Notes: generated by a model from the sequence alone, not told the origin. Counted from the whole stretch's first letter, positions 1-13,250 are shown. The stretch: 54,122 nt of DNA, filler included, from Sphacelaria rigidula (GCA_964200075.2; 5 parts of 5 records of this genome joined end to end with filler, not necessarily neighbours in it); one strand, 5' to 3'. Translations and numbers: made by a program.

Positions 1-14
1 GGTCTTCCGATCTT

Positions 15-190
15 CGAGTCATTGCTCGTTGTGGAAAAAATGAATAGGGCGAGCACTCGAGTCATCGCTCGTTGTGGAAAAAAGTGATGGCTTGAGCACA
101 CGAGTCATTGCTCGTTGTAAAAAAAAGTAATGACTCGAGCGCACGAGTCATTGCTCGTTGTGTTTTCGAAAAACATCCACGAGTGCACTC
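15..190. repeat. Degenerate tandem array with 43-bp period (core CGAGTCATTGCTCGTTGT), probably subterminal repeats of a DNA transposon
   Basis: Core starts at 15, 58, 101 and 144, separated by A-rich semi-conserved linkers. Confidence 0.8.
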
Positions 191-429
191 GTCTCGACGA
201 GTGATGACTCGTACGACGTATGAAAGGTTCATGCCTTTCTATGGAGTCAACGCCTTATAATCGTCCGGGCGCATTATAACTTTTCGGCAAACCTATGATG
301 TTCACGGAAGCAGACCAACCATGTCACAGCAGCGTGCCTTCAGTTTTTTGGTAAGTCCGTGCTGGTCTTTTTTGAGGAGATTTCGGACTTCAAAGGTTTA
401 CCTTTTGATGTCCAGCTTCGTCTCAGAAC

Positions 430-2360
430 AGTATCGTCGGCTGACAGTCCAAGCTTTTCTATGGGCGTGGGGTGCATTGGCCGCACCGTTCCTATCCCCA
501 AGATACACCTCCAACATTCGGGCGCTCACTACATTTCTACCATGCATTACACAAGAACATTTTACATCTCTATCCCCTTCCTGTTTCGCCGTCTGTGGCC
601 ACCATCTACTAATGTAGCGATCGTTTCTCGCTACCATGTTATGTACCAAACGATATCATGTCACCTTCGTTTACTTCCGACATTTCCCCTCTAACGTACC
701 GTGGGAGAGATGGGTTGATCCCTTGAGACCACGGACTCATCCCGAGGGGAGGGGGGGGGCGGGGTTCAAGGTGCGACGAATAAATAATGAAAATAAAAAA
801 AATAAACAACATGTCCCGTTCCTCCTTATACAGCTCATATTCTGCCACTATATCAGTTCTACTCTGATGCTTTGACACGGGGGCAATTCTGCGCATCTAC
901 TTCTTCCTCCACCCGACTACTGGTACACCTCCTTGTTCTTTCTGGCAGGGTCAGGTTTCCCACACGAACTCGTACTTTCAACTTACTCGCGGAATCAATC
1001 CGGCCGTGCAGATATGTTTTCATCCTTATCCCCTCTCTCACCCCCCCATATGTCTTCAGGTGTTCTTCCTCGTCTACTTTCCGTCTCAGCGCTTGTTTTG
1101 CTTTTTTTTTATCGTGTCTCATACTTTCGTCTCGTACCCTCAATATTCACCTATGGACATGATCTCGTCTTGTTTTCCTCCTTCGTCCTTCTATGCTCTC
1201 TCGAGAACGCTATTTTACCTTACTACAGCCTGCCCTTTCGTCACTTTCTTTCATACAGCCCTATCATCGATGGCTGGCAATCTCTCCCTTGGCACGTTCC
1301 TTACGTTATATTGAAATTTCAATCGTCTCACGTCTCTATTTATTTCAAGTGGGTGCATGCCCTCTTCTGCTCTCAATACTGTACTTATTGTCGTTTTTGA
1401 GCGTCCAAGCAATTTCTTAGCTGCTGTCGTCTGCGCTGTTCCCAGCTGCTTCACCAACTTCGCGCTCTCTACCCATACTTTTGCATATTCCAGCTTCGGT
1501 ACATCACTAGAACACATGTCCCAACCCTAGTATCGAGGTGCGAGTCTCTGAGGATCACGTCCATCTTGTCTATCTGCGCCTTGCATCCTCTTGCTTCATC
1601 TATGTGTGCATCCCAATGACGGTTTTTCGAGATCTGTACGCCAACGCATAAATACAGGTCTACGATCGGCAATTCTTCTTCTCTCCACCTCCATTGAATT
1701 CCAACAGGCTCTCCTTATCTTCGCTATATACAGGTGCCGCGCATTTGTTCACCTTTGCCGTAACTCTCCGTTTCCTAGTGTATTCTAGCGCCTTCCTTTT
1801 TTGTTTCTGCAATCCTTCTGGTGTTTATGATATCCCCACGAAATCATCGGCGAACATCAATCTCGATATCATATCTTCTCTCACGTTAACTCCTTGCTTC
1901 GCTGCTTCCATTACCATCACCATGTCATTAATACCTTGAATAAAGTGGGTGATGACGTACATCCTTGTGCAGCTCCTCGTACAACATCAAAATATCTCCA
2001 TGTTTCCTCACCTAGCTTCACCATTCTCACAAATTTCCTCTGATCCCAGTTTCCCAGTTTTTTTTTACAGCCCATTTCTTCATACCGTGTCATAGACTTC
2101 CTGTACGTCTACAAAGAAATTGTACGTTGTTAGACCGGCGTCTTTCCTACCTTAAATAATCTCACCTAATATGTGCACATGGTCTACTCAGCCACGGGTT
2201 GGTTCAAATCCTTCTTGCCCCCCGCTGTTTTACTTCTCTCTCTTGCATCGTTTCCACTTTATCGTTCAGGATCTTACATAACGCTTTCCCTACAGTGCTC
2301 AGTAGCGTCATTCCCCTGTGTTCCCTGGGTCACCTTGTCTCCTTTCTTGCAAAGGTTTGC
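430..2360 (-). pseudogene. 5'-truncated, decayed non-LTR retrotransposon (LINE): reverse transcriptase and C-terminal region
   Basis: Minus-strand translation gives RT motifs in order: KKGDK.DPGN.RGMTLLSTVGK (~2350-2290), FFVDVQEVYD (~2120-2090), RGAAQGC (~1980-1960), MFADDFVGI (1857-1831), then LEYA..W and a C-terminal block (ORFs 1251-1517, 859-1143). Many stops and frameshifts. The 3' part matches 36292-36412 and 43460-43760. Confidence 0.9.
694..808 (+). mobile_element. SINE family A, 3' fragment with A-rich tail, inserted into the LINE
   Basis: GGGAGAGATGGGTTGATC..TTGAGACCACGGACTC...GGGGTTCAA.GTGCGAC plus A-rich tail matches 41155-41250 and the reverse complement of 8905-8995. Confidence 0.8.
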
Positions 2361-4257
2361 TACTACTCCCCACGTCTTGGGCGTGTCTCGAGGAGGGTGC
2401 GGTTTCGCAGATCATTGCAGAGAGATAACCACAGCAACCATGAGTGGTCCCAGGAAAATTCTGGGCCCAGCAACTCCCAGAAAGGGGTGGAGTCATCGTT
2501 TTGATAGTTTTGATTGGTTGAATCCAACCTCATAAAAATATTATGTACTCAGGCCCTGCTTACTGCTTATGTTATTTGGTCACTCACGATCGTGTGAAGA
2601 AGGAGGGAACTCATCGAGACGAAAAACGAAGTGCAAAACGACGTTCAAAAGCATCAGGTCGATTCATTACCGCAACCATAGGCCCGCGCGGCGACCGATC
2701 AACGTGCTACTTTTGGACGCTTGTTTTCATTTCTCGCTCAATTTTCTTGTCTCCATAATACACAGCGTCAGTCACCCAAGAGCTACATTTCGGTGTGGGA
2801 GTTGTTGCATCGTGCTGTGCGCATCCTGGTTTAAATTTTCCACCCATACTATCTGGTGCGTGGCTTGAAATATGGTTATGCACGATGCTGCGGTAATTCC
2901 GAAAATAACAACACTTTCTAGTGACGATTCTAGAGGGAAACGATATGAAATCCGCGCGGAGGCAGGGGCCGATCTTGCCAGTAATTGTGTTCACGTCGGC
3001 CGCCTGTCGGTCGAGGTTGCCACGAAGAGGGGAATAAGCACCAGTTACGGTTCTCCATATCGAAGAGAGAGACTTGGCTTTTATACGCCGTGTCGAGCAA
3101 GGCACGGCCGAATAGCCGAGCCTAACAGAAAAGTGTCCAGTGCCAAGGATCACTGGGGCTGTTCGGGGAAGGGGCAATGTCTCCTTCCAGACAAAGCTAG
3201 ACTTCCACGGCTGGGTACCACGGCGGTCCCACGGCGACAAGGGCGGTTGCTGTTGTAGGATTTTACTAGCAGAACCAACCGGAAATTCGCTTTGCAGGCA
3301 CTCCCACGTCATTACCTTGACCTTTCTCCGACCGTCGTCTCGTCGCCCTGTTGCAGAGTTTTTTAAACATTTCACTTGGTTCCAAAATAGGACAGAGAGC
3401 AATTTTCAATTTTCAATTTTCAATTTTTACAGATGGATCACGAGTATTCCAGCCCTGCCCAGGCGTGGTTCGCATGGAAGAGTCAGTACTGCAATATTCG
3501 TTGTACTGACAGCTAGTCGTGCAGTGTCAACTTCGTCTTGTAATACTTTGCCGCAATACATTTCGTGTATCAAGTGCTTCCTCCCTCCGCAATGATATGC
3601 ATCCTTTCCCATCTGGCTGCCCCAGCCTGTGCAGAGGTCTGCAGTGTCACCTTGCCGTGCTGATGTGAACCCGTCTCTTCCAAGGATGTCTACTCCTCGA
3701 GTCTCAGCATATTTCAGGCCTTGGAGCATGGCCGTCTCCAATGGACAACGCAGATGATGAATTGCAATCGCTGTAAATTGCCTCCGCTATTTGAAAAGAA
3801 ACACCACTGATACATTTCTTGGAAGCACGCATGGTTGATATGGAAAGCTTTCTCCAACGACTTGTGAAACCTCCCCCCCCCCGCCCCCCCCCCCCGATGT
3901 TCATAAAGGACATCCCTTGATTCCCCTGGAATGTAATCCGACAATACTGTTCCGATACGAGGCCGCAGGTCTAAGGGTTGACTCTTGAACCGCTGCTGTG
4001 GGGCGATCAATAGAATCGGAGTAAGTAATTACAGTTGAAAAATAAGGTACGCGATGCCGATTAATTTAACAGATCGGCTACCCTGGCAGTAGACCCAAAG
4101 AAATGTACGTAAACAGTGGTTCGTACTCGATTTTACTCGATTTCAGACTGAAGAGAGTTCTGAGAAAATTCATGATTTGGGGCAGGTGAGCAGTGGTGAG
4201 CAGTAGACCCAGCTCGTCCAGAACGGGTTTTGGTCCAAAATCGGCTCAAAAGCGTCG

Positions 4258-4375
4258 ATTTGAGCTCTGGCAACGCACGCTCTGCTTGAGGAACATTTTG
4301 CACACCCCTTGCCTGAGGGTTCTCGGTTTGCCTTGGTTGGGGTTAGGGTTTTTAGGTTTAGCGTTAGGGTTGGCG
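4258..4375. repeat. Dispersed repeat with degenerate telomere-like (TTAGGG) tract
   Basis: TCTGGCAAC.CAC...CCCCTTGCC.GAGGGTTCTCGGT.TGCCTT.G.GGGGTTAGGGTT is shared with 23025-23140. Confidence 0.7.
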
Positions 4376-4387
4376 GGATCCTTTTAG

Positions 4388-4732
4388 TGTGTGTGTGTTG
4401 ACTTCCCATCTATTTTGGACGCCGGTCTACACCTTTCGGCATATGTGGGCGCACCAGCCGGGGTCACACAAGAGGGAGGCCAACACCGCAGCTTTTTTCT
4501 TTTTTCTTTGTTTTTAGTACCCTACCGTCCTTCTGCGGTGCTTGCCTTTTAATTCTTGATCGCGAGAGGGGTTCAGTATTCCCTTTCCCTCGTCGACCGT
4601 TAACTCGAATTTTGTGTACCCACGGCATAGTTGCTCTCCACTGTTGGGCATGGTGTAAGAAAAAATCCCAGATCGCTCCGAGATCTGAACCCACGACCCA
4701 ACCGTCAGAAGGATTCGAGGTTACCAACTGAG
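4388..4732 (-). mobile_element. tRNA-derived SINE family B, near full length, (CA)n tail
   Basis: Minus-strand head CTCAGTTGGTAAC...GTGGGTTCAGATC carries A-box and B-box-like motifs. The body matches 9233-9455 and 36715-36935; the head matches 32360-32434. Confidence 0.8.
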
Positions 4733-5904
4733 TGGGGCGTGTGACTTTAGTACCAACCACTGTTTACATACATTTCCTTAGGCCTCCTCATCGTGAGAGT
4801 ATGAACGAGCGTAAATCAGAGCGGTGATCATCATTCATGGATTAACCCAACAGAGACAACAGAAGACATAGCGAGCAGCACGGAGCAGACGTGAGATTGC
4901 CAGCACTGGCGTACTTGGCTATTCCCGGGGAACATGCCAGCACGCTGATATTGACGCGCCCGGACATGACAGCTGCCAATATGACAGTCTCAATAGTTTA
5001 CATTTTGCGCCGTTGGGTCCAGGCTGCAGGAATGGTCTGTCGAGCCAGCATAATGATCGAATAGTGTTTTCTACCTGTGCCAAACGTGTAAAATTGCTAA
5101 GTGGGTATCGCTGTACCAACTTGACCGCTGTTGGCCGGGTTGCAGTGAAGCTGAGACAGGGTAAAAGTGTCCGCAACTTCGGCGTATACTTGACAGTCAT
5201 CAAGCTATACCACGCTATCAATATCAAATACGCCCAAATCAGTATTCTTACCTCGGCCTACAATGTGAGAATTATCAGCATTTCTGGCGGGCTCCAGCAC
5301 CGTGCCATTCTGAGTTACGTGCTCCTCCATGCTCCTTTCGGCGAGAAACTCTCATCGTCCATGCGTAGCTCACATGGCATAACGTAAATGATGACCAAGT
5401 GCAGTTCACTCACTTCTCGGATATTTTCGATAATATGATCGCGGGTCTGAGACTACGTTCGCATGATCCGGAGGTAGGTCTCTCCGCTGGCGATGACAGT
5501 AGGTTGATCAACGCTGACTGTGATATAAGTTTTAGAGTACAAAAGTACCGTACAGGGCTGTGCCGCGGAGGCAGGGATTGAAGCCAAGAGGTTCGACAAT
5601 TCAACCGGTTATACGATACATCCTCACCCACGGTATGAAGGTAAAGTGCTCCGAATTTCAGTCACAGTCTGCCATTTTGACAAGTACTCGATTCGACGAC
5701 ATGGCAAACACTGCCATCATCCTCTCACTAGTGGCAAGTGACCCATCGTAGGTCTTAGGGGGGCGTTTCCACCCCTGGGGCTCAGCCTGCAAAGTCGGTC
5801 AACGACCTTTAAGAAATTCTGCTTCTGGTTGTTTGCGTACAGGCGAGTGTTCCTCGGCACTTCACTGCAACGTCTGTGATACAGTACTCTGGTAAATGAT
5901 AATG

Positions 5905-6920
5905 GGGCAATGCCCTGAAAAAGGTACCTTCTCGTTTTTTTGTCTAAGAAAGGTACAAAAATGGCCAGAGACGCGAAAATAGCCAAACACGCCATTTTGA
6001 CCGTTTTCGCTCCGGATTTTTCATGCACATACTCCTGGGGGGCCATTGGCACGCGGGCCTCGACAAAAACGGGGGAAAAAAACATGTTTCTTGAGAGATG
6101 TGGCCACGCATCCGGGCTACTGTATGTAAACGGGTGTCGTGATGTTCGGGTAAATTGAGCAGTTTGAAGTACTCCCAAGGACGATTCACGCGGGCTCGGT
6201 GGGGTGTGCGTGCGTACAGTACTCTATCCGTTGCTTGAACCAACCATCGATGATGCAAAAACCGCCCGTTGGTGAAAGAAGAGTCCAGCTTGACCCTGAC
6301 ACCAGCCCCGAGATCGCAACGGACCGGTGGTGTTCTACAACCCGCCGCATCACAACAGACCTATGCGCTGTGAGTTGTGAGTCCAGTTATTGTGTCGATG
6401 CGGGAAGGCTCGGGAACCATTTCCGGGGAGAAAGGGGCGTGGTCGCTGTGGCGTCCGTGAAAGGCAAATGAGCGGGAATAGAGCCGAATATGTGGGCGTC
6501 ATGGTTGAAGTTGGCGCGTAGAATCCCTTGCGCGCGATGTGCCGCATCAGGTACAGTGTAGAGAGCGATGGCCTAGCACAGGTATGTTCTCGGCCGGTCG
6601 GTGGCCCAGATAAGGTACGGTTGAAAAAGAATTCCTATATCAAGTATACCTGGGCGAAATGTGGCCTACAAAAGATCAGCGGCTTCCGGAGGCGAAATGT
6701 CCGTTTTCGCGTGGCCATATCTCTCGAGAAACATGTTTTTCCCCCGTTTTTTTCGAGGCCCGGGTGCCAATGCCGCCCCCCCCCAAATGATGTGCGTGAA
6801 AAATTCGGAGCGAAAACGGTCGAAGTGGCGTGTTTGGCTGACTGTTTTCGCGTGTCTGGCCATTTTTCGTACCTTCTCAGGCAAAAAACGTTAAGGTATA
6901 CGTCTTCTAGGGCATTGCGC
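5905..6920. mobile_element. Non-autonomous long-TIR (foldback-type) element, internally deleted relative of 21691-23758
   Basis: About 200-bp inverted arms at 5905-6110 and 6705-6920 (GGGCAATGCCC...GGGCATTGCGC). Segment 6215-6920 is colinear with 22785-23758 apart from a nested insertion there. Confidence 0.8.
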
Positions 6921-7009
6921 TTTTTTTTTACGTCTTTTGTTATACAAAAGAAGTAGCCGAAGAAGTAGCCGAAGACCATTATTTATGGCAGTTACCACTG
7001 TCGATTTTT

Positions 7010-8062
7010 CAGGGTTATTTACGTCACACGTTACACGTTACGTCACAAATGTGACGTATGAAAATGTATACGTTACTTCACGTCACACTTAATGGCGTAT
7101 AAAAAATTACATGTTACGTCACGTCACAATTTTTCACGGGTACGTTATGTTACGTCACACTTGTGACGTATTAAAAATTTATACGTTACGTTACGTCACA
7201 GTAACGTATTCTGAAACGTTTCCTGTAGCGTGTGAAGTATTTTATACGCTACACGTCACATCATTACACGTGTGTGACGGCTGAATGAACGTCACAACCG
7301 TCACACGCTCAACTTGCACCACAATTAGTGTGAAATTAGTACATGTGATACTCGCATGATATGATACATGGGTTTAAGAAGAGAGTGCATACGTGATCAT
7401 AATACGCATGCGATGTAAGCGCAAGTTCAGCGCCACGGCAGCATGCACCGCCACACTACATCCAACCATAGAACATAGAACAAGCAAATATCGGAATCCG
7501 AAAGCACGAGTTACGAATTTCCGAATTTCAAATTTCCAACTTCGATAGCACAGGCGGGGCGGGAGCGACGTGTGACGTAATAATGAGCGCGGCCCGGGAT
7601 GGAATTGCAACGCGTGAGTCAGGGACGCATGAGCGACACACTAGCTGAAACGCATTTTTACATGTCAACATAGCGAGCAGAACGCGCCTCATGCTCGAAC
7701 AAGGTAGCCACCGTGAACCTCCCGTACCGAGTTGCGGTGTATGAAACCTTACAACATCGTACGTAGCGTTCATTTGTCCTCAACACGGTGGAAGTGAAAC
7801 GTTTCATTTTACGTTACACGTCACAAACGTATATTAATATGACGTGTAACGTTTATTGTAAATTGTATCCTATAAATTACGTTACACGTTACAGGAAACG
7901 TTTCAACATATGTTAATGTTACATATAAACAAAACACGTCACGTCATGTCACATTTGTGACATGTTGAAAAATTGAACATTACGTCACGTCACATTTTTT
8001 CACCGGTACGTTACGTTACGTCACACCCTTGTGACGTACATCTGTGACGTGTAACGTAACCC
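7010..8062. mobile_element. Probable hAT-like non-autonomous element with dense GTTAC/GTCAC subterminal repeats
   Basis: Starts CAGGGTTA and ends TAACCC. Clusters of ACGTTACGTCAC at 7020-7310 and 7800-8060 flank a unique middle. No TSD resolved. Confidence 0.55.
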
Positions 8063-8904
8063 GCCCGAGTTTTTTTCGAGCATCGGTGGAAAAAAAATCA
8101 GGGGGCGCATTTTATGGACCCCGATTGGGACCAAATCAAGGGAGAAAAGATCGGGTTGTCACGATCTCAGAGCGATTTGGAAAAAATCGGGGGAAAGCTG
8201 AGGTCCCCCCAATTTCTTTTGAAGACCTGACGTGCGTGCATTGATGTACAATGGTAGGATTAGAGGCGTTTGATATTTTTGCAAGCGCAGCAGAAGACAG
8301 TCTCGTGACAACGCAGGTCGTGCCTGTCCGCGCCAGCTGCTGAAGTAGCTTCGCATGGTGTTCGACAAGCGGATAATAAGTGACGCCGTTGCCTGCGGCG
8401 ATAGTAATATTGTATGCTGCACTGCGCTACCATATGTATCACTATGACGAACGGTACTGTACCACAGCATCCTAGTCTGTTGCCGCTGTACTTGCAGGGT
8501 GATATATCCACTGCAATGCTGAACTCTTCTCTCACACTGTTCACTGTTGTCGCAATGGCGACCGTGCCATCATGTATTACCACACGGCATTATCATGTAC
8601 TGTATTGCAATGATCGAGTGTCCTGCACTGTATTACCCAAGGGTACCACGGTACGACACTGCACTCGAAGGATTACTCACCGCCTGCCTGCTCTTCGGCT
8701 TCATGCACAAGTACGCGATACCACACTCATGCAGAAGATAACCGTCTGTGTACAGGACTGTTTCACAAATCTGTGATACCATAAAACGGTCCCCCCGATT
8801 CTGAGTTCGCGAATTGAATTCCCCCCGATTTTGAAGAAATCAGGGTCTAAAAAATCGAGATTCGTTGCCATAGAAGATGGTTTGGCGGCCTTCTCGTTAA
8901 AAAA

Positions 8905-9215
8905 TGTGTTTTTTGTTTGTCGCCCTTGTAACCCCTCCCCTTCCTAGGAATGAGTCCGCAGTCTCAACGGATCAATCCATCTTTGCCCGGTACACGCCTT
9001 CCATTTTGGTCTCGCGGGTTAGGTCAGCACTCCCGGACCGCGTCAACTCACGTCCAACAAGCTCAATCGACAAGTTTGTTTACTCACGTTCTCACGCTTT
9101 CTACGGTGAAAATCAGATTCTATGAAGAAAAAACCTAACGCATCGAGAATCGAACCCCGTTCCCACCACCATAGTGGCGACTGTCGGACCATTACACTTC
9201 CGGGGCGCGGCGGCG
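8905..9215 (-). mobile_element. tRNA-derived SINE family A, full length
   Basis: Minus-strand head CCGCCGCGCCCCGGAAGTGTAATGGTCC...GGGGTTCGATTCTC (A and B boxes); colinear with 40932-41250; A-rich tail. Confidence 0.85.
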
Positions 9216-9232
9216 TCCGGGTCTCTACTATA

Positions 9233-9455
9233 CTGTGTGTGTTGTCGTCCCATCTATTCTGGACGCCGGTCTACACCTTTCGGCACATGTGGGCGTACCA
9301 GCCGGGGTCACACAGGAGGAAGGTCAACACAGGAGTTTTTTTTTTCTTATTTGTTTCAAGTACCCCACCTTCCTTCTGCGGTGCTTGCCTTTTTTTTTTA
9401 TCGCGAGAGGGGTTCAACATTCCCTTTCCCTCGTCGACCGTCAGGTCGAATTTGA
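9233..9455 (-). mobile_element. SINE family B, 5'-truncated copy
   Basis: Matches 4388-4610 (CCCATCTATT.TGGACGCCGGTCTACACCTTTCGGC...CCCTTTCCCTCGTCGACCGT). Confidence 0.85.
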
Positions 9456-9499
9456 CTTAAACGTCCTGAACTCATGAAAAAAAATCAACATGTCCTATT

Positions 9500-9876
9500 T
9501 GTTTGGTACATTATGCCCTGGCGAGGTCCCGCACAAAAATTCTCAACACAAGTACCAAACCTGGGCCGGTAAGTGAGTTGCAAAATATTGTTCCAAATCT
9601 CGACCGGCCCGATATCTAAATCGCTCCACCCTCTTCAAATTTCAGAGTTGGACGTTCAAATTTGGTACGGAGGATGAATAGGGCATAATACAAATTCGTA
9701 TTTCGGGACCCTGAGTTTGTTGTTCTCATTTTTTCATGAGATAATGGCATTTTGCTGAAAACTGGATCCTAATATTGCCTTCAACTCATGAAGGAGAAAA
9801 AACTCAAGGCTCCAAAATATTATTTTTATTATGCCCTATTCATTCTCCGTACCAAATTTGAAAGTCCAACTCTCAG
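9500..9876. mobile_element. MITE-like repeat with internal inverted repeat; second copy at 46920-47300 in opposite orientation
   Basis: AGAGTTGGAC.TTCAAATTTGGTACGGAG..TGAATAGGGCATAATA (~9643-9690) is inverted at ~9826-9874. Flank 9510-9570 matches the reverse complement of 47235-47290. Confidence 0.7.
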
Positions 9877-10745
9877 GATTGACAGGAGGCGGGGGCGTGC
9901 AAACTGCAAATTCGCGTCTAGGCTGGACCAGCACGTATTAATACGGTAATACTTCAGTAACACGAGACGAGCTTTGCACCAACAGTACTGAAGGAACTAC
10001 ATCTAGCCGGCAACTTGTTGTACGGTAAACCACTCGCACTCATATCGCGCTATAATCATACTAGAAGTACATGTAGTTAATATATTAGTTTGTTTTCTGA
10101 TGCTCATGATTCGGCAGACTGAGCCTGACATGGTGGGTATTGTATGTTATATTATTACCAGAACATTGGCGATACAAAATGTTGTACAGGTATCGGAAAT
10201 ATCACCTGGAATTCTATCTGGGAAATCAGTGACACATGAAAAAATACCCGTTAACTTGGAATCATCTATTTTTCGGGTATATGACTATAATAAACCCTCC
10301 CGACACCCGCCGGCCTGTCTTGTTGTCTTTCTGTTCAGCGGGGGTTCGAGATGATTGCTTCTGGCGGAGAAACGAACGTCGACATGAGAAGATAACTTTT
10401 ATCACGCACATGCCGCGCGTTACAGTACAGCAGCCGTGATCGCGCCAACAGTAGGACATGCATGTGGTCAACACACACAACTGTTATTGCTGAACAGCTG
10501 AAGGGCGTGGCATATTTGATGGGGTGTGTGCGTGCTGCAGGCGACGGCTGCGAGTGTGGTTGGTGCTTGGGTGGTGTTTAGATTCCGGGCCGGGGGTATA
10601 TCAAAGCCCCCCCCTTTCCGACATATCTGGAAGTGGCGATAACAGAAAGTGAAGCAACTCATTATAGGCTGTCATCCAAATACAAGATAATCAGTAGGCT
10701 TCGGACCGAACAATCTTGAGCAGGATGCAGCTCACCCTTCATGCG

Positions 10746-10845
10746 NNNNNNNNNNNNNNNNNNNNNNNNNNNNNNNNNNNNNNNNNNNNTTAATTAATTA
10801 ANNNNNNNNNNNNNNNNNNNNNNNNNNNNNNNNNNNNNNNNNNNN
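10746..10845. other. Artificial scaffold-joining linker (N44-TTAATTAATTAA-N44)
   Basis: 100-bp N run with a central six-frame stop linker; identical at all four junctions. Confidence 0.97.
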
Positions 10846-11524
10846 ATAGAGAAATGGTCTTCAACCTCATTTTTTGTTTCAACCCCAAAAATTAGGATCG
10901 GCTGTTATATGAATAAGGTGTTAAGGAATACCGTAGTCGTGGAGACCGTTGTACTCCTCTTGGCGGGTGACTGCAGAGGTTGGCGCCGGCAGCTTTATGC
11001 TGACCTCGTCTCAGGAGTGAACACCGCAGGTGTCTAAACACGAATGTATATTAATTATTACTTATCCATGTAGCAGATCCCAAACAAACAGACAAAACGT
11101 CTCACACGTGGAGAACCTCAAGAAGAAACGTGAAGAGAAGTGATGAAGAGTGAGACCATGTGGGATGGTCACAACAAAGATTGCTACGGTACTTTGCTAC
11201 CTTCTCGAACAATCAATCGATATTCCCATATTAGGAATCTTTCTCGAGAACTCTCACTCTCGCATACTCCGCCAAATCTAGAAACCGTATCCAACCGCCA
11301 AATCTATTCATCTGGCGAGTTCTTGACTGACCTGCGACTACTAGTCAATGATATCTTTCCAGAACAACATCCACACCACAGGATTCTCGAGGGCTGTACA
11401 ACNNNNNNNNNNGTACAACAACTCCAACCGTTACCTATTGCCCCGCATAGTGAACCGCCTGCTACTCAGGGAACAAGCCTCCGTATTTCAGCTTGATGCT
11501 TCTGAACATTGACTCACATATGTT

Positions 11525-12406
11525 ATGCAGCATGAAATCCTTGACATAAGGGTACCAGGAGAGCGGGGAACGAAGGATTTCTTCGTAGGGAACATCTGTA
11601 TGCCCCCAGAATCGAAGAGTGGGGTGGACGGTAGTCAGCGTAGGTTTAGAGAGATAGCAACGAATGTACCAAAGTATAAAAGGCAAGGAGAAGTAATAAT
11701 GTTAGTGGGAGATTTGAATGCAAAGGTAGGAAAAGCAGGTCTACCAGATGGTATCATTGAGCAATACGGAGCATATAAGAAGAGCACGAATGGGGTAGAA
11801 ATGCTCAAGTTCCTTGAGCATAACGAGATGACGACGCTGAACGATAGAGTCATAAAGTCAGAGGCGCATTGGACATGGACAAGGAAATGCAGACGAGAAA
11901 AGAGAGACCGCTCCGTTCTTGACGATACAGTGGTGGATCAAGGAAATAATGAAGAAATGGGAGTAGTACATGAATGCGCGGAGGACGTGGGAATCACAGA
12001 TCATTGCCTAACATGGACAGAAAGCCAACAGGCGAGAGCTAAAAGGAATAGGCGGGGTAGGAAGTTGTACAAATGGAGAATCGATGGGCTAAATATGGAA
12101 GAAGAGCAGCAAGGGTTCCAAGAAGAAATGGCCGAAAATGCGGTAAAATTTTCCGAGCTGTGCGAAGCCGTAGGTACAGTTGATACAGAAATGGAAAGAA
12201 ATCGGGCAGCAGCAAAGAGTTTAGAAGGATGGGAGCAGCTGGTCAAGAAAACAGCGAGTAGAATCAGAGGGAAGAAACTAACAGTTTGCAACAGAGCAGT
12301 AAAATTGTGAGATGAGGAAGTAAAGTAGGCTATTGGAGTAAGGAGTGAGGCCCACGCGAGATGGATGTCAAGCAAAAGTATGGTAGGATGGGAGGAGTAT
12401 AATGAG
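11525..12406 (+). pseudogene. LINE fragment: APE-type endonuclease C-terminal half plus linker; resumes briefly at 20397-20423
   Basis: ORF 11525-12310 has VGDLNAKVG, NGVEMLKFL, SVLDD and TDHCL endonuclease-type motifs. The reading ...GWEEYNE (to 12406) continues as ALKIVKEKV after the hAT insertion. Confidence 0.85.
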
Positions 12407-13250
12407 CAGGGTTGCGTATCGGACCGAGAATAAAGTTCGATATATATTCTTAGAACATCGAACCACAACCGCCGATACCGATATATCTGTCGATATTCCA
12501 AAATGACACGATACGTATCGAGTATCGATATTCGATACCATACGGCTATGTTGGTATGGCCGTAGTGTACAAGACCGAGCAGTACACTTGCACACTGACA
12601 CCCTCACTCACTATTGTAGGTCGCTTAAGATACCACGTCCCTAACACAGATTTTCAAAGCTCCCTTACTCCTCACCAGAAGCGATGCCAGGGCTGAACTG
12701 GGCGGCGTCGCAACCATCTCGTCGAGAGAAAGTAATCGAGCTTTGAAAATCGCTCCTGAGGGTGTGGTATGTCAAGCAACTTACGATAGTTTTCAGTGGA
12801 CAGCAGTGGACACATGATGTACAGCAGCGGATAGTGTGCAAATTGACATCATAGCAGCGGCGGCATCCGGTGGTACAGCTGTCTCGCGAATATCGTCCGT
12901 GCAAGAACTAGTTGATCACAGCGGGCCAGGTGCGGTATTGGTTATACTATTTTCATTTCTCCGGTCATTGTTCCGTGTGTTTCGATCGAATGAGCGCATA
13001 CCTCGACTCTGCATATTCATTAGAAAAGGAACAGGTGTCAAACCTCAAACATGCACAAACTCAAATGCGAGTTTTTTGTTTTCAACATTCTTCACTACCA
13101 GTAACAGGAAACGCCGGCAGCATGCGTCAAGTTTTAATTTTTGGGTGCCAAATATATATGTATATATGTGTGTGTCACAAACTTAGAAGAAAAAACCACT
13201 GAACTTGCAACAATTAGAATGTCCAGACTGATGGATGGAGGGGAAAATAA

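Noticed and set aside
15..190. CRISPR-like repeat/spacer pattern
   Set aside because: The linkers are short, A-rich and similar to each other, there are no cas genes and the context is eukaryotic; it is an ordinary degenerate tandem array.
10790..10801. TTAATTAATTAA as a biological motif recurring every ~10.8 kb
   Set aside because: It is always embedded in N runs; it is an assembly linker.
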